DNA of 64,000 nucleotides from contig CBDBGD010000007.1 of NCBI GenBank assembly GCA_965205235.1, positions 258,587 to 322,586 of the forward strand, written 5' to 3'. The translations under genes and the position numbers were made by a program. Positions 19,245 through 28,499 of this stretch are shown here, in pieces; position 1 is the first letter of the stretch; each line of letters opens with the position of its first letter. Under the pieces are notes generated by a model. It worked only from the letters and a program-made list of their open reading frames with translations. It had not been told where the DNA came from and did no database searches. Origin of the DNA: Dehalococcoidia bacterium. GTDB taxonomy: Bacteria > Chloroflexota > Dehalococcoidia > Lucifugimonadales > UBA1127.

Positions 19245-20200
19245 CCGGCATTTCCCTGGACGGCTTCTGTCACCACCTCATGGATGAAGAGTGCACAAGG
19301 GAGAGCCTTCATCCTGCCCGAGCTGCGCGGGCCTTCGTGAATTATTTCGGCCTCTCCGCCTTTCCCAACATGGAAGAGATCAGGGCAATGCTTCGGAGGG
19401 CGAGCATCGGGACTGTCGTTTCAGCCCAGGAGACCGGTGGCCTTCGGGGTTATCACCTGGGGACGAGGGATGGGTCCTACCTCATCGGCTACGATGCTTC
19501 CGACGGCGTCGCCGCGCGAGAGCACACGCTTCTGCACGAGACCTACGAGATCATCCGAGAACGAGTTGCCGACCTCTATCCCCATGTCGGTCTTCCCCGC
19601 TGCAGGCTCCTGTGCCGCCAGGCCGACCAGTTTGCAGCAGCAGCTCTGATGCAGCCAGCTGTCTTCTCCCTGTTCGCTGAGGCCACGGGGTTGGACGTGG
19701 TGGCCCTGCAGAGGGCGTACGGACGCGCCTATTCCTCGCTCACCATCAGGCTGGCTGAAGTGATGCGACAGCAGCCTCTGCTCGCGGTATTGTTCGAGCG
19801 AACGGAGGCGGAGGAGCTGTCCTTGTGGAGGGAGCCCCCCCTACTAGAACACTTCCGGGCCGCTGTAGTGGTACGAACACCAGGCTACAGACTTCGATTG
19901 CAGAGGAGACCTCTGTCGCATCTGCGAGACTTGCTACCCCGCCGAGGCAGGCCACCTGTTCCTGGCTCGGTCGTGGAGCGTGTGGTACAGACGGGCAGAC
20001 CTGTCTGTGTGGAACGCGTAAGCGGATTTGACCTGTGGCAGAACGATGATCTCACTGTGGCAGCGAGGCCTGTGGTCTGGCATGGGCGGTTGGCCAAGGT
20101 GTGCGTCGTAGCCGTGCCGTATCGGGACCGAGCGCTCCTGATTCCTCAGTTCGGCAATGCCTCCTTTGAGCGAATTCCCTGCGGCCACCAGGTGATATAG
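19241..20200 (+). CDS. ImmA/IrrE (M78)-like protein with variant metal motif
   Basis: GLRGYHLGTRDGSYLIGYDASDGVAAREHTLLHETYEII fits the M78 fold pattern, but HExxH reads HETYE. It is translationally coupled to the XRE gene. Confidence 0.6.
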   Translation: MTGISLDGFCHHLMDEECTRESLHPARAARAFVNYFGLSAFPNMEEIRAMLRRASIGTVVSAQETGGLRGYHLGTRDGSYLIGYDASDGVAAREHTLLHETYEIIRERVADLYPHVGLPRCRLLCRQADQFAAAALMQPAVFSLFAEATGLDVVALQRAYGRAYSSLTIRLAEVMRQQPLLAVLFERTEAEELSLWREPPLLEHFRAAVVVRTPGYRLRLQRRPLSHLRDLLPRRGRPPVPGSVVERVVQTGRPVCVERVSGFDLWQNDDLTVAARPVVWHGRLAKVCVVAVPYRDRALLIPQFGNASFERIPCGHQVI

Positions 20201-20263
20201 CAGAGGGTGTGAGCGCAAGGAGTTCCCCCAAGGGATTCAGGGAGCTCCACCCGTTTCCTTAGG

Positions 20264-20491
20264 GTGCTGGCCTCGGTTTGCTCCGTCGTGCTTCCGGCCT
20301 CCCTATACCGACTCACATTCCTCGATTGGACGCGTTATGTCGGAAGGCTGTGTGTACTCCATGGCCCAAGGGGAGGAGAAACGGTTTCCAGGGGCACGCC
20401 CACCCCCCGCTACGAGGCATGGGTGGAGCGCTCGGAATCCCTCAGACTCGACGGGTACGAACGCTACCTACGGGAGCTGAGAAATGCATGA
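20264..20491 (+). CDS. hypothetical protein
   Basis: The ORF ends 8 nt inside the alpA start. No motif recognised. Confidence 0.25.
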   Translation: MLASVCSVVLPASLYRLTFLDWTRYVGRLCVLHGPRGGETVSRGTPTPRYEAWVERSESLRLDGYERYLRELRNA

Positions 20492-20678
20492 CCGACTGCT
20501 GAGGCGTCGAGAAGTCGAGAGGATAACGGGGATGAGCCGCTCATCCATCTATCGGGCCATGCAGGACGGAGAGTTCCCTCGCCCGGTAAGGGTAGGGCCC
20601 GCGGCCGTCAGGTGGAGGGAGTGCGACCTTATGGCGTGGCTCGAGTCGCGGCCGATGGCACGGGGTCACCGGGGATAG
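20484..20678 (+). CDS. alpA: AlpA-family phage regulatory protein / excisionase-like
   Basis: LLRRREVERITGMSRSSIYRAMQDGEFPRPVRVGPAAVRWRECDLMAWL. Confidence 0.8.
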   Translation: MHDRLLRRREVERITGMSRSSIYRAMQDGEFPRPVRVGPAAVRWRECDLMAWLESRPMARGHRG

Positions 20679-20737
20679 CTGGGGAGGACAGAACCTCTTT
20701 CCGGCTGAACGGTTTCAGCCTTCTCGAGATCAGCCCG

Positions 20738-20850
20738 TCAGGTAATCCGCCCAAAGCTGCATCAGGGCGCGGCGGCACTCCTACTCAGAGGCACCCGGTG
20801 CTCCACTTTGCCTGCCACCGGACAATTGGGATGGTCCTGGGTTGAGCTTG
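20738..20850 (-). pseudogene. tyrosine integrase 3' remnant with internal deletion
   Basis: 20738-20776 is identical (39/39) to 44513-44551 (integrase C-terminus MQLWADYL). 20790-20803 matches 44848-44861, which implies a ~296-nt internal deletion. The rest of the gene is absent. Confidence 0.75.
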
Positions 20851-20892
20851 CCAAGACTCCGTCCACTTGCTTTTCTATGTCCGGCAACGTGG

Positions 20893-21732
20893 CTACGATA
20901 GCTTGGCCGCCTTGAAGATTCCTACTTCCGCTGTTATACGGAACGCACCCTTGAGTTGAATTTGTCTATTGAAATAGGCGTGCAGCTTAACTGTTCTCTC
21001 ATCAGACGGTTGTGCATAAGACATCACATATTCAACCAGTGGCGCTGCCTCTGTCACAACCAAGGCATCCTTCCTACGTTCGACCTGGACACTGGGGAAC
21101 CAGTTGCCCAACTGGCCTGCACCGTTGTCGAGGTTGAATTGGTGTCCGCTGAACGACGTTCCAATACCCATGTCTTCAGGCAGCTCTCTCAGTTCGACCA
21201 TGTGTGTTGGCCCGACTGTGGTCGCGTACAGGATTCCTTGTGGCTTTAGTACGCGATGGATTTCGGACAGTACCCTGCCCAAGTCGGGAACGTGGTACAG
21301 CATGTGGTTAGCGATGACCACGTCGAACTTGTCCCTCTCATAGGGGATCGACTTGGCATCGATCTTCGCGAATGCAAACTGCGGTCCGGCGTGACATAGA
21401 CTTAGCTGAGCTTCGTGAACCATCCCTTGAGAGGCATCGGAAAGGGTTATTTTCCAGCTAGCAGGTACTCGCACTAGATTCTCGAGCCACAGCAGTCCGG
21501 TGCCACATCCGAGCTCAAGTACACACGCGTTCTCCGGAATGTCGAAACGGTCGAAGACCCAATGAAACCAGGGGTACTCCTCCGTGCTGAAGCGAGTATG
21601 CAGATTGGCCCTGGCACTTAGGTTGGAGGAGTCCCGGTACTGCCACCGGAGCCATCCCTGATCTGATAGGGTGCCCATGAGGCCCAATACTACCATCGAT
21701 GTACCGGTCTGAGGAGTCGAGTCAACTGCCAC
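20893..21732 (-). CDS. class I SAM-dependent methyltransferase
   Basis: Motif I VLELGCGTGLLW; post-I/II pattern DVVIANHMLYHV. Confidence 0.8.
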   Translation of the reverse strand: MAVDSTPQTGTSMVVLGLMGTLSDQGWLRWQYRDSSNLSARANLHTRFSTEEYPWFHWVFDRFDIPENACVLELGCGTGLLWLENLVRVPASWKITLSDASQGMVHEAQLSLCHAGPQFAFAKIDAKSIPYERDKFDVVIANHMLYHVPDLGRVLSEIHRVLKPQGILYATTVGPTHMVELRELPEDMGIGTSFSGHQFNLDNGAGQLGNWFPSVQVERRKDALVVTEAAPLVEYVMSYAQPSDERTVKLHAYFNRQIQLKGAFRITAEVGIFKAAKLS

Positions 21733-21941
21733 TCAGAGATTGAATTCTTCAGGAACATCGTTGTCTGAAGCGTTGACTCGCAAACCTCGCACGTCAATCC
21801 GTCCCCTATGCCATGCGACAGCTACATCGCAGTCCCGCTAAGCCCTCCACAAGATGCGCTCTCCGGTGGAACGATTCCTCTGGATTGGGATATGATACGT
21901 GGCAGCATGCCTACTAGACGCTACGGGATAGAGAGGTAACC

Positions 21942-22853
21942 ATGGCAACCACAACGATTAGAAACACTCGGGTCTCGCTCGATGATCTAGACCTAAGCAT
22001 TGGTAAACGGGCTCGCCTGCACAGGCTCCTCTACGATCACGGACCGGGCAACGGCACCCTGCTCATGCTGCCCGTCGACCAAGGACTGGAACATGGCCCC
22101 CGGGACTTCTTCGATAACCCCGCCAGCGCAGACCCCGTCTATGAGTTGGAACTCGCCCAAGAGGCCAACTTTAGCGCGATTGCCATCAGCTATGGCCTGG
22201 CGAAGAAGTACATGAAACACTTTGCCGGCAAGGTGCCGTTGGTGATAAAGCTAAACGGCAAGACGGAGATTCCTGCAGACGACGAGGCATTTTCCCCCCT
22301 GACTGCTACTGTTGAAGAGGCAGTATCCCTCGGTGCCGATGCCATCGGATACACGGTTTACGTCGGTTCTCCCGCGCAGGACCGCGACTTCCTGCAGTTC
22401 ATGAAGGTTCGGGAGGAAGCGGACCGCTTGGGGATGCCCACTATCGTCTGGGCATACCCGCGCGGTAGAGCCGTTGACAGCAAGGCTGGCCGAGAAAGTC
22501 TCTGGGCCATTGACTACGCCGCACGTGTAGCTTGTGAATTGGGCGCGGATGTCATCAAATTGAACCTGCCCGTCGTCGATCCGGAGAAGGATAGGTTGGC
22601 CCCCAAACCATACAACAACCTCAACGTCACCCCGGAAGAGGCCATGGCGATGGTAGTGAAGTCATCTGGAAGGTCATTGACAATGCTCTCCGGTGGCGCG
22701 AAGGCCGACGATGCCGACCTCCTTGCCAAGGCAGAGGCCGGTCTCAAGGCGGGCGTTACTGGCTTCATATTCGGCAGAAACGTCTGGCAACGGCCACCCC
22801 GGGAGGCCAGGGAGGTAGTGGCCCGGCTTACAGATCTACTACGAAAGTACTAG
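21942..22853 (+). CDS. class I aldolase, DhnA/FbaB type (fructose-bisphosphate aldolase family)
   Basis: LMLPVDQGLEHGP, VIKLNG, and a TIM-barrel aldolase pattern over ~300 aa. Confidence 0.75.
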   Translation: MATTTIRNTRVSLDDLDLSIGKRARLHRLLYDHGPGNGTLLMLPVDQGLEHGPRDFFDNPASADPVYELELAQEANFSAIAISYGLAKKYMKHFAGKVPLVIKLNGKTEIPADDEAFSPLTATVEEAVSLGADAIGYTVYVGSPAQDRDFLQFMKVREEADRLGMPTIVWAYPRGRAVDSKAGRESLWAIDYAARVACELGADVIKLNLPVVDPEKDRLAPKPYNNLNVTPEEAMAMVVKSSGRSLTMLSGGAKADDADLLAKAEAGLKAGVTGFIFGRNVWQRPPREAREVVARLTDLLRKY

Positions 22854-22892
22854 GCGCTTCTTGCCAGGAATCCGCATGACTGATGATGTCCC

Positions 22893-23562
22893 TTGAAAGC
22901 CGCTCCCTCTCCAGATACTGCCTGTTGTGAGAGTACGCTATCGAACGACTCCAAGGCCCACATCGGAAGGAAACAATTGGCGAGTAAGCCATTACTCGTA
23001 CTGATCTCGGGGCCGCCCGGTAGCGGCAAGACGGTCTTGGCACAACGACTGGCGCCAGCGCTGCCCATCGCTGTGTTCGAGAAAGACGCGCTCAAAGAGA
23101 CGCTCTACGACACCTTGGGTGAAGGCGATCGAAGATGGTCAAAAGAGGCTCGGGGTAGCCGCCTTTGCGCTTCTAGACATGCTCGTGCAGTCATGTGTGA
23201 AGGCAGGACAGTCACTCGTCGTCGAGTGCGCCTTCTGGTACGACCCGGGCATTCTATGGCTGAGCCATATGAGAGAGCAGTATGACTTCAGGGTCTTGGA
23301 ACTGCACTGTCATGCGGATCAAGCGACCGTGATCCGGCGTTATGCCGTACGGGAGTCCTCCCCGGGCAGACACGGTGGGCACCGTGCGCTTGTGAGCGTT
23401 GATGCCCGCGTCGTAGAGTTGCGAGACAACTACGGAAGGTACGGTCCGCTAACGGTCGGCGAAGGACTCGTTCGCATCGATACAAGCGACTTCGCGGCTG
23501 TAGACTACGGTGCCATTACGGAATTGGTCAGGACCTCACTTGCCCACCACGCTCTGGACTGA
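22893..23562 (+). pseudogene. P-loop kinase-like ATP-binding protein, frameshifted
   Basis: Walker A LISGPPGSGKT is in frame 0. The rest of the domain (KRLGVAAFALLDMLVQSCVKAGQSLVVECAF...) continues in frame +1 from ~23120. This is a one-base indel or a sequencing error. Confidence 0.6.
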
Positions 23563-23689
23563 TCTGAGAGCCCTAAGAAAGGGTTGCAAGACCTCCCGTG
23601 CTGCGAGGGACAGCGCACATGGGCATGGAACGCGAGGGGATGAAACCCCTGCTACCGATCCTGAAGTCCGAGCAACGACGGTAGCAAAG

Positions 23690-24020
23690 TCATATCGGTG
23701 AAGCGCTCCACCCCAGCCGCACCGGCGCCGAGCCGGGAGAGTATGCCAAGACCCGCATACCGGCTCGCTGACCAGCCTCGATTCCTGCCTTGCTGTCCTC
23801 TATGACGACACACTGCGCCGGCGGAAAACCCATCGTGGTTGCAGCGTGCAGAAACACGTCGGGAAAAGGCTTACCGCGTGCTACCTGGGTGGCGCTGAAC
23901 AACCGTCCCTCAGACCAGCGAAGGAGTCCAGCAAGCCGCAGCCACGGGATCTCCGCAGACTGATCCGTCGCTCGGTCCCTTGCCTCCTTCGAGAACAACG
24001 CAGACAAGTTTCCCGCCACC
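23690..24020 (-). pseudogene. HAD-superfamily hydrolase, C-terminal fragment only
   Basis: ARGKPFPDVFLHAATTMGFPPAQCVVIEDSKAGIEAGQRAGMRVL corresponds to HAD motifs III/IV. The DxDG N-terminus is missing. The fragment abuts the stop of the PHP-ATPase gene. Confidence 0.6.
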
Positions 24021-26750
24021 TTACTGCTTGGGCATGCCTGAGTATTTCTGACGCCGCCGCTCAAACGCGTCAGCGCCTCCTTCAAGACTCTGAACCTCCG
24101 CGGTGACCTGGGGGAGCTCGAGGCCCCCTGAAGTCCGTACCTGGCAAATGTCATTACCTGGCTGTCGCGCGACTCGAAAGACCATCTCAGCATCGCCAAG
24201 AACTGGAATGTTTGGATTGTGAGTTGCGGCGATGACCTGTCGGATTGGTTTGGCAGTGCGAATACCTTCAACTATTGAGTCGATTATGAACGCATGATCG
24301 AGATCGTCTTCCGGCTGGTCTATCACCAAGGGTTTGCCTTTGCTCAAAAGGGCGATGGACAGTATGGCCGAGCACTTCTCTCCAACTGACAGTGAGGAGA
24401 GATCTGTGTACTCGGTCTGCCCTTCCCTCCTGATCTTGATGCTTGGCAACGGGGGAACATCAACTCGTTCTATCTGGCACAGGATTTCTTCGTTGAGAGG
24501 ACCCATCATTCGTGATGCGTTGTTTTGCGTGATTCCGATCTTTGTCAACTGGTCGATTGAAGCCCCGCGGATAATCCTGGCGAATTCCGCAGGGCCAAAC
24601 ATCTCACACGCTAGTGAAACTTGAGCTTCACGGTGGTGCATGCCTGAACCTTGAAGCGCAGCATCGACGGCGCCAAAGAATAGCGATGTGTCACGGCCGG
24701 ATAAGTCGACCAGCACATTACCACCAAGCCCTGCATTCAACTCTTCGACAAAGGCGGAACGAGACTGAGCAATGGCCAACCGGGCATCTTCGAGTTTTTT
24801 GAGAAGCCTAGCACGGTCACCCTTGAGTGATGCCATTGCAACTCTTATACGAGAGATCTCAGGTTCTACGACGCCCACGATGTGGGCCAGTTTCTCTTCA
24901 ACGCCACGCTTCTCGGCAGCGGCTTCGGCCAAATCAGCAGCGCCAAGTTCGGCGAGGCGGGCACGGAATTCAGACTCCGCGATTTCGAATGCTGTGTCCC
25001 ATTCACCTCTGTGACCTTCGAGGTCAGACACGGCTTCATCTACCACCCCGCGGAGGCTATCAAGATGACGTCGACCAACTTCAAGGATTCGGTCTGATGT
25101 CTCTCGCACCTTTTGAAGCACGGCCTTTGCAGATGAGCTCTCGATGTCAATTGGCAGTTCAGTGTTGGGTGCTATTGACTCTGGCAAGCTATCAAGAACG
25201 CTCTTGACCCAATCCTGTCTTCCCTGCACCCACGCTCGTTCGCGATCCCATCTTGTTCGATCAGCAAAAATTGGGTCAGCGAGGGACTCGGCAAGACGTT
25301 GCTGACGTTGCTCGAGGTCAGGTCGATCGGCTGCCTCAACGCGGAGCTCCTCAAGACACTGTCTGTACTCGACCAATTGACGTTCACTTTCCATGAGACC
25401 GCTCTCGGACTCTGCAATAGTTGCCATGGCTCCAGAGTGGTCGAGGTTCTCGTCTATAAGGCGTAGTTGTTCGTCAACGCGGTCAGCTAGTCGAGCGACT
25501 TCGCCCTGGCCATAGAACTCAACGGCCAGCACGTCCAGCGGTCGCAGTTCTCTCGGCACTAGGTTCTCGCCCGCTATCTGGTAGACTCTGGCTCGGTCCG
25601 TGAGGTTCAGAGCGCCTCGCAGACCAGACTTCACGTACCCGCCGGATCGGGTGATGGCGTATGCCTTCCCGTCCGAGGCGGCGACCACTACCAGCACTTC
25701 GCCCGCCATCTGCAAGAAGCCCGCGATCCGATCTGCGAAGAGTTTGTTGATGACTCCGTCTGAGCGAGGTTCTGCTTCCAAGGCGAATCTCAGCAAGTCT
25801 ATTGCAGCTGACTTCCCGGCTCCGCGCCCTCCAAGAATCACATTCAAGTGAGGCGAAAACCGGAATCGTTCGCCTCCATAGATTCCATGTGTGGTTGTAA
25901 AGCCAACGATGCGACCATGTGCTGCGGCAGTGGGCTCGGTTCGACTAATTCGCAATCTGGGTTCGAAGATAAGCTGTAGGAGTGATGTGAACGATGGCTG
26001 TGCCATCTTGACCCACATCCCCTGATTCGCGTGAGCGGAATTGTGTGAATCCGACCCGAATGTGAAAGGAACCGAAACGTCTAGCTCATTGGTGACGTAG
26101 TCGATCGTCTTGTGAATGCTTTCATCTGTCGATTCCGAGTTGATCTCGAGTGCGTCCACTGCTCTGATCCATTCAAGCCGAGTTTGGCCGTCGAGTTCCT
26201 TCACTATTCCTCGCGTTGAGCTACAGTGCGCTCCGATTAGTAGCCCTCTACGTTGGTGAACAATCCGAGCAATCTCTTCAATTGACTGAGAGATCAAGGC
26301 GCTAGTGTCGCCATGCCGTTCGACTGGTAGCCCCAGGCGAGATAGCAAGTCCGATATGGCTGCTGAGCCACCCTCAGGAAGGATCGCCAACAAATGCACG
26401 CCCGGCGAGGCATACAGCTCAACTCCGGGTAGGATAGTGATGTTGTTGCCTTCCCTGGTGGCGATCTCATTTCGCGCGGCAATGGCCTGATCGACATATG
26501 AGCCAGTGTTGTGATCGGTAATAGCCAGCAGGTGGTAGCCGCGTGAAACAAAGTCTGATACAAACTTGTAGGCCGAGACGCGGCTGTCTCCGCTATAGTC
26601 AGAGGAGTGGGGGGAGTGAACATGCAAATCGACTCGATAGTAAGAGCATGCCCGCTTAGCCCGCGACAAGACTCTTGCTTGAGAGAGGATGTCGGCAGTA
26701 TCCAATCTGTGCTCCTTCTTATCGTGGTCTCCCAGCCACCGGCAAGCCAT
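24021..26750 (-). CDS. PHP-domain phosphoesterase fused to SMC/Rad50-like ABC ATPase (candidate defence protein)
   Basis: N-terminal PHP motifs (VDLHVHSPHSSDYSGD, LLAITDHNT, FGSDSHN). Walker A GGRGAGKS (25809-25832). About 470 aa of coiled-coil-like insert. Signature LSVGEKCS and Walker B LVIDQPEDDLD (24297-24329). GC is lower than in the neighbours. Confidence 0.85.
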   Translation of the reverse strand: MACRWLGDHDKKEHRLDTADILSQARVLSRAKRACSYYRVDLHVHSPHSSDYSGDSRVSAYKFVSDFVSRGYHLLAITDHNTGSYVDQAIAARNEIATREGNNITILPGVELYASPGVHLLAILPEGGSAAISDLLSRLGLPVERHGDTSALISQSIEEIARIVHQRRGLLIGAHCSSTRGIVKELDGQTRLEWIRAVDALEINSESTDESIHKTIDYVTNELDVSVPFTFGSDSHNSAHANQGMWVKMAQPSFTSLLQLIFEPRLRISRTEPTAAAHGRIVGFTTTHGIYGGERFRFSPHLNVILGGRGAGKSAAIDLLRFALEAEPRSDGVINKLFADRIAGFLQMAGEVLVVVAASDGKAYAITRSGGYVKSGLRGALNLTDRARVYQIAGENLVPRELRPLDVLAVEFYGQGEVARLADRVDEQLRLIDENLDHSGAMATIAESESGLMESERQLVEYRQCLEELRVEAADRPDLEQRQQRLAESLADPIFADRTRWDRERAWVQGRQDWVKSVLDSLPESIAPNTELPIDIESSSAKAVLQKVRETSDRILEVGRRHLDSLRGVVDEAVSDLEGHRGEWDTAFEIAESEFRARLAELGAADLAEAAAEKRGVEEKLAHIVGVVEPEISRIRVAMASLKGDRARLLKKLEDARLAIAQSRSAFVEELNAGLGGNVLVDLSGRDTSLFFGAVDAALQGSGMHHREAQVSLACEMFGPAEFARIIRGASIDQLTKIGITQNNASRMMGPLNEEILCQIERVDVPPLPSIKIRREGQTEYTDLSSLSVGEKCSAILSIALLSKGKPLVIDQPEDDLDHAFIIDSIVEGIRTAKPIRQVIAATHNPNIPVLGDAEMVFRVARQPGNDICQVRTSGGLELPQVTAEVQSLEGGADAFERRRQKYSGMPKQ

Positions 26751-26835
26751 GACACCTTGCTAGCATTACATAACTAGTGGCAGTGAGTCCTCTCGACTAA
26801 GGGCGAATGTCTCTGGCGACTAAGATCACGTTCAG

Positions 26836-28248
26836 TCAGTAGGACCTAGCAACAATTGCGAAGAGACCATTCTGGGATGCGCTGTCTGGGATAATTCCCT
26901 CAGCGCTCTGGACGCAACGGACCGTTATCGATTCCCGAGCCAATCTGGCCTCACCGCCACCGCCGAGCGCTTCCAGTGGTAGCCGGGCAAACCTGCCCCG
27001 GCCAACAATCTCCACCGCCTCTTGGAGAGTGTCGGCATCTTCCGTATTGCTACGCAAGCGCGCCAATGCTTCCGCTCGCATCGAATATTGGATATCCTCC
27101 AGCAGGGCTCTTGCTAGCACAGGCACAGCGCTAAACTCTACCAACTGCTTCTCGTTCGTATCTCTGCGAATAAGCGCAACCTGTCCTTCAGCTAGCTCGC
27201 GAGGCCCGATCTCGATGCGGACGGGGACGCCTTTCAATACCCATCCGGTGACCCTGCGACCAAAGCTGACGTCCACTTTGTCGTCCAAAGTGGCCCGTAC
27301 GCCGCTACCGATCAGTTCGTCACATAATGCCCTGGCCTTGCTCATGGATTCGGCGTCGTCTCGAACCGCGATCACCGCGGCCTGAACCGGCGCGATTCGA
27401 GGGGGAACCCGGAGGCCGTCGTTGTCACCGTGTGCCATAATCATGGCGCCGACCATACGGGTTGAGCTCCCCCATGAGGTCGTCCATGCGAGTTGCCGGT
27501 CTCCACTGGCATCCGTGTAGGCAATGTCGAACACCTTGGAGAATATCTGACCCAATTCGTGGCTCGTCGCCATCTGCATCGCCTTGCCGTCGCGCATCAT
27601 CCCTTCACACGTGAGCGTGTTTACCGCTCCGGCGAAGCGTTCTCGCATCGTCTTTCTGCCGATGAGAACCGGCAACGCTAAGGTGTCGACGAAGAATCGT
27701 TGATAGACTTCGAGGAGAATCCGCAGCGCGTAGCCGGCCGCCTCCTCTTGGGTGGCGTGTGCGGTGTGTCCCTCCTGCCAGAGGAACTCGGTTGTACGGA
27801 GGAACACGCGTGGACGAAGCTCCCATCGCACCGCGTTCGCCCACTGGTTCAGCAGAAGGGGAAGATCGCGGTAGCTCTTGACCCATCTAGCCATTACCTC
27901 GCCGAATAGGGTCTCGCTGGTGGGACGTACGACGACCGGTTCAGCAAGCTGTTTGCCCCCTGCATGCGTGACGACGGCAATCTCGGGGCTAAAGCCCTCC
28001 ACGTGTTCGGCTTCTTTGCGGAGATAGCTCTGAGGGATGAGTAGCGGCAGATAGACGTTTTCAGCTCCTGTCGCCTTGATGAGGCCATCAATCTCTCCTT
28101 GCATCCGCTCCCAGATGGCGTAGCCATAAGGGCGGATAACCATAGTCCCCCTTACCATGCCGTTATCGGCAAGTTCCGCCCTTGACAGAACGTCCTGATA
28201 CCACCGAGGAAAATCAAGCGATTGATCTGCTAGAACGGACTTCGGCAT
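26836..28248 (-). CDS. proS: proline--tRNA ligase (archaeal/eukaryote-like type)
   Basis: FPRWYQDVL...GTMVIRPYGYAIWE...RPTSET...FLRTTEFLWQEGHTAH, ~470 aa. Confidence 0.9.
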   Translation of the reverse strand: MPKSVLADQSLDFPRWYQDVLSRAELADNGMVRGTMVIRPYGYAIWERMQGEIDGLIKATGAENVYLPLLIPQSYLRKEAEHVEGFSPEIAVVTHAGGKQLAEPVVVRPTSETLFGEVMARWVKSYRDLPLLLNQWANAVRWELRPRVFLRTTEFLWQEGHTAHATQEEAAGYALRILLEVYQRFFVDTLALPVLIGRKTMRERFAGAVNTLTCEGMMRDGKAMQMATSHELGQIFSKVFDIAYTDASGDRQLAWTTSWGSSTRMVGAMIMAHGDNDGLRVPPRIAPVQAAVIAVRDDAESMSKARALCDELIGSGVRATLDDKVDVSFGRRVTGWVLKGVPVRIEIGPRELAEGQVALIRRDTNEKQLVEFSAVPVLARALLEDIQYSMRAEALARLRSNTEDADTLQEAVEIVGRGRFARLPLEALGGGGEARLARESITVRCVQSAEGIIPDSASQNGLFAIVARSY

Positions 28249-28499
28249 GGCTTTCCTGTCAAGATTATCAAGATAGAGGAGACTTCGCTCGCGACCCAGC
28301 CATTCTACGTCATAGACCAGCTTTCGTCTGCCAACATTCTGGAGCCAAGACGGGCCTCAGCTTCAAGATCCTTGGTTCTGTTTGTCTGGGGGTTTGAGGG
28401 TGACTCAGCGTTGCTCTGTTGAACGGTTCCAAGTGATCCTCCCCTTGGCGTTGGCAGAGGACCCTGCTGCTTACGTACTAACTCCGGGCAACGTCGTTC

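Larger units (their letters stand above)
17192..20850. mobile_element. decayed integrative element (regulatory module plus integrase stub); boundaries approximate
   Basis: Contains a divergent XRE / XRE-ImmA switch, an AlpA-type excisionase/regulator and an integrase 3' remnant 39/39 identical to the intact integrase at 44513-44551. Confidence 0.6.
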
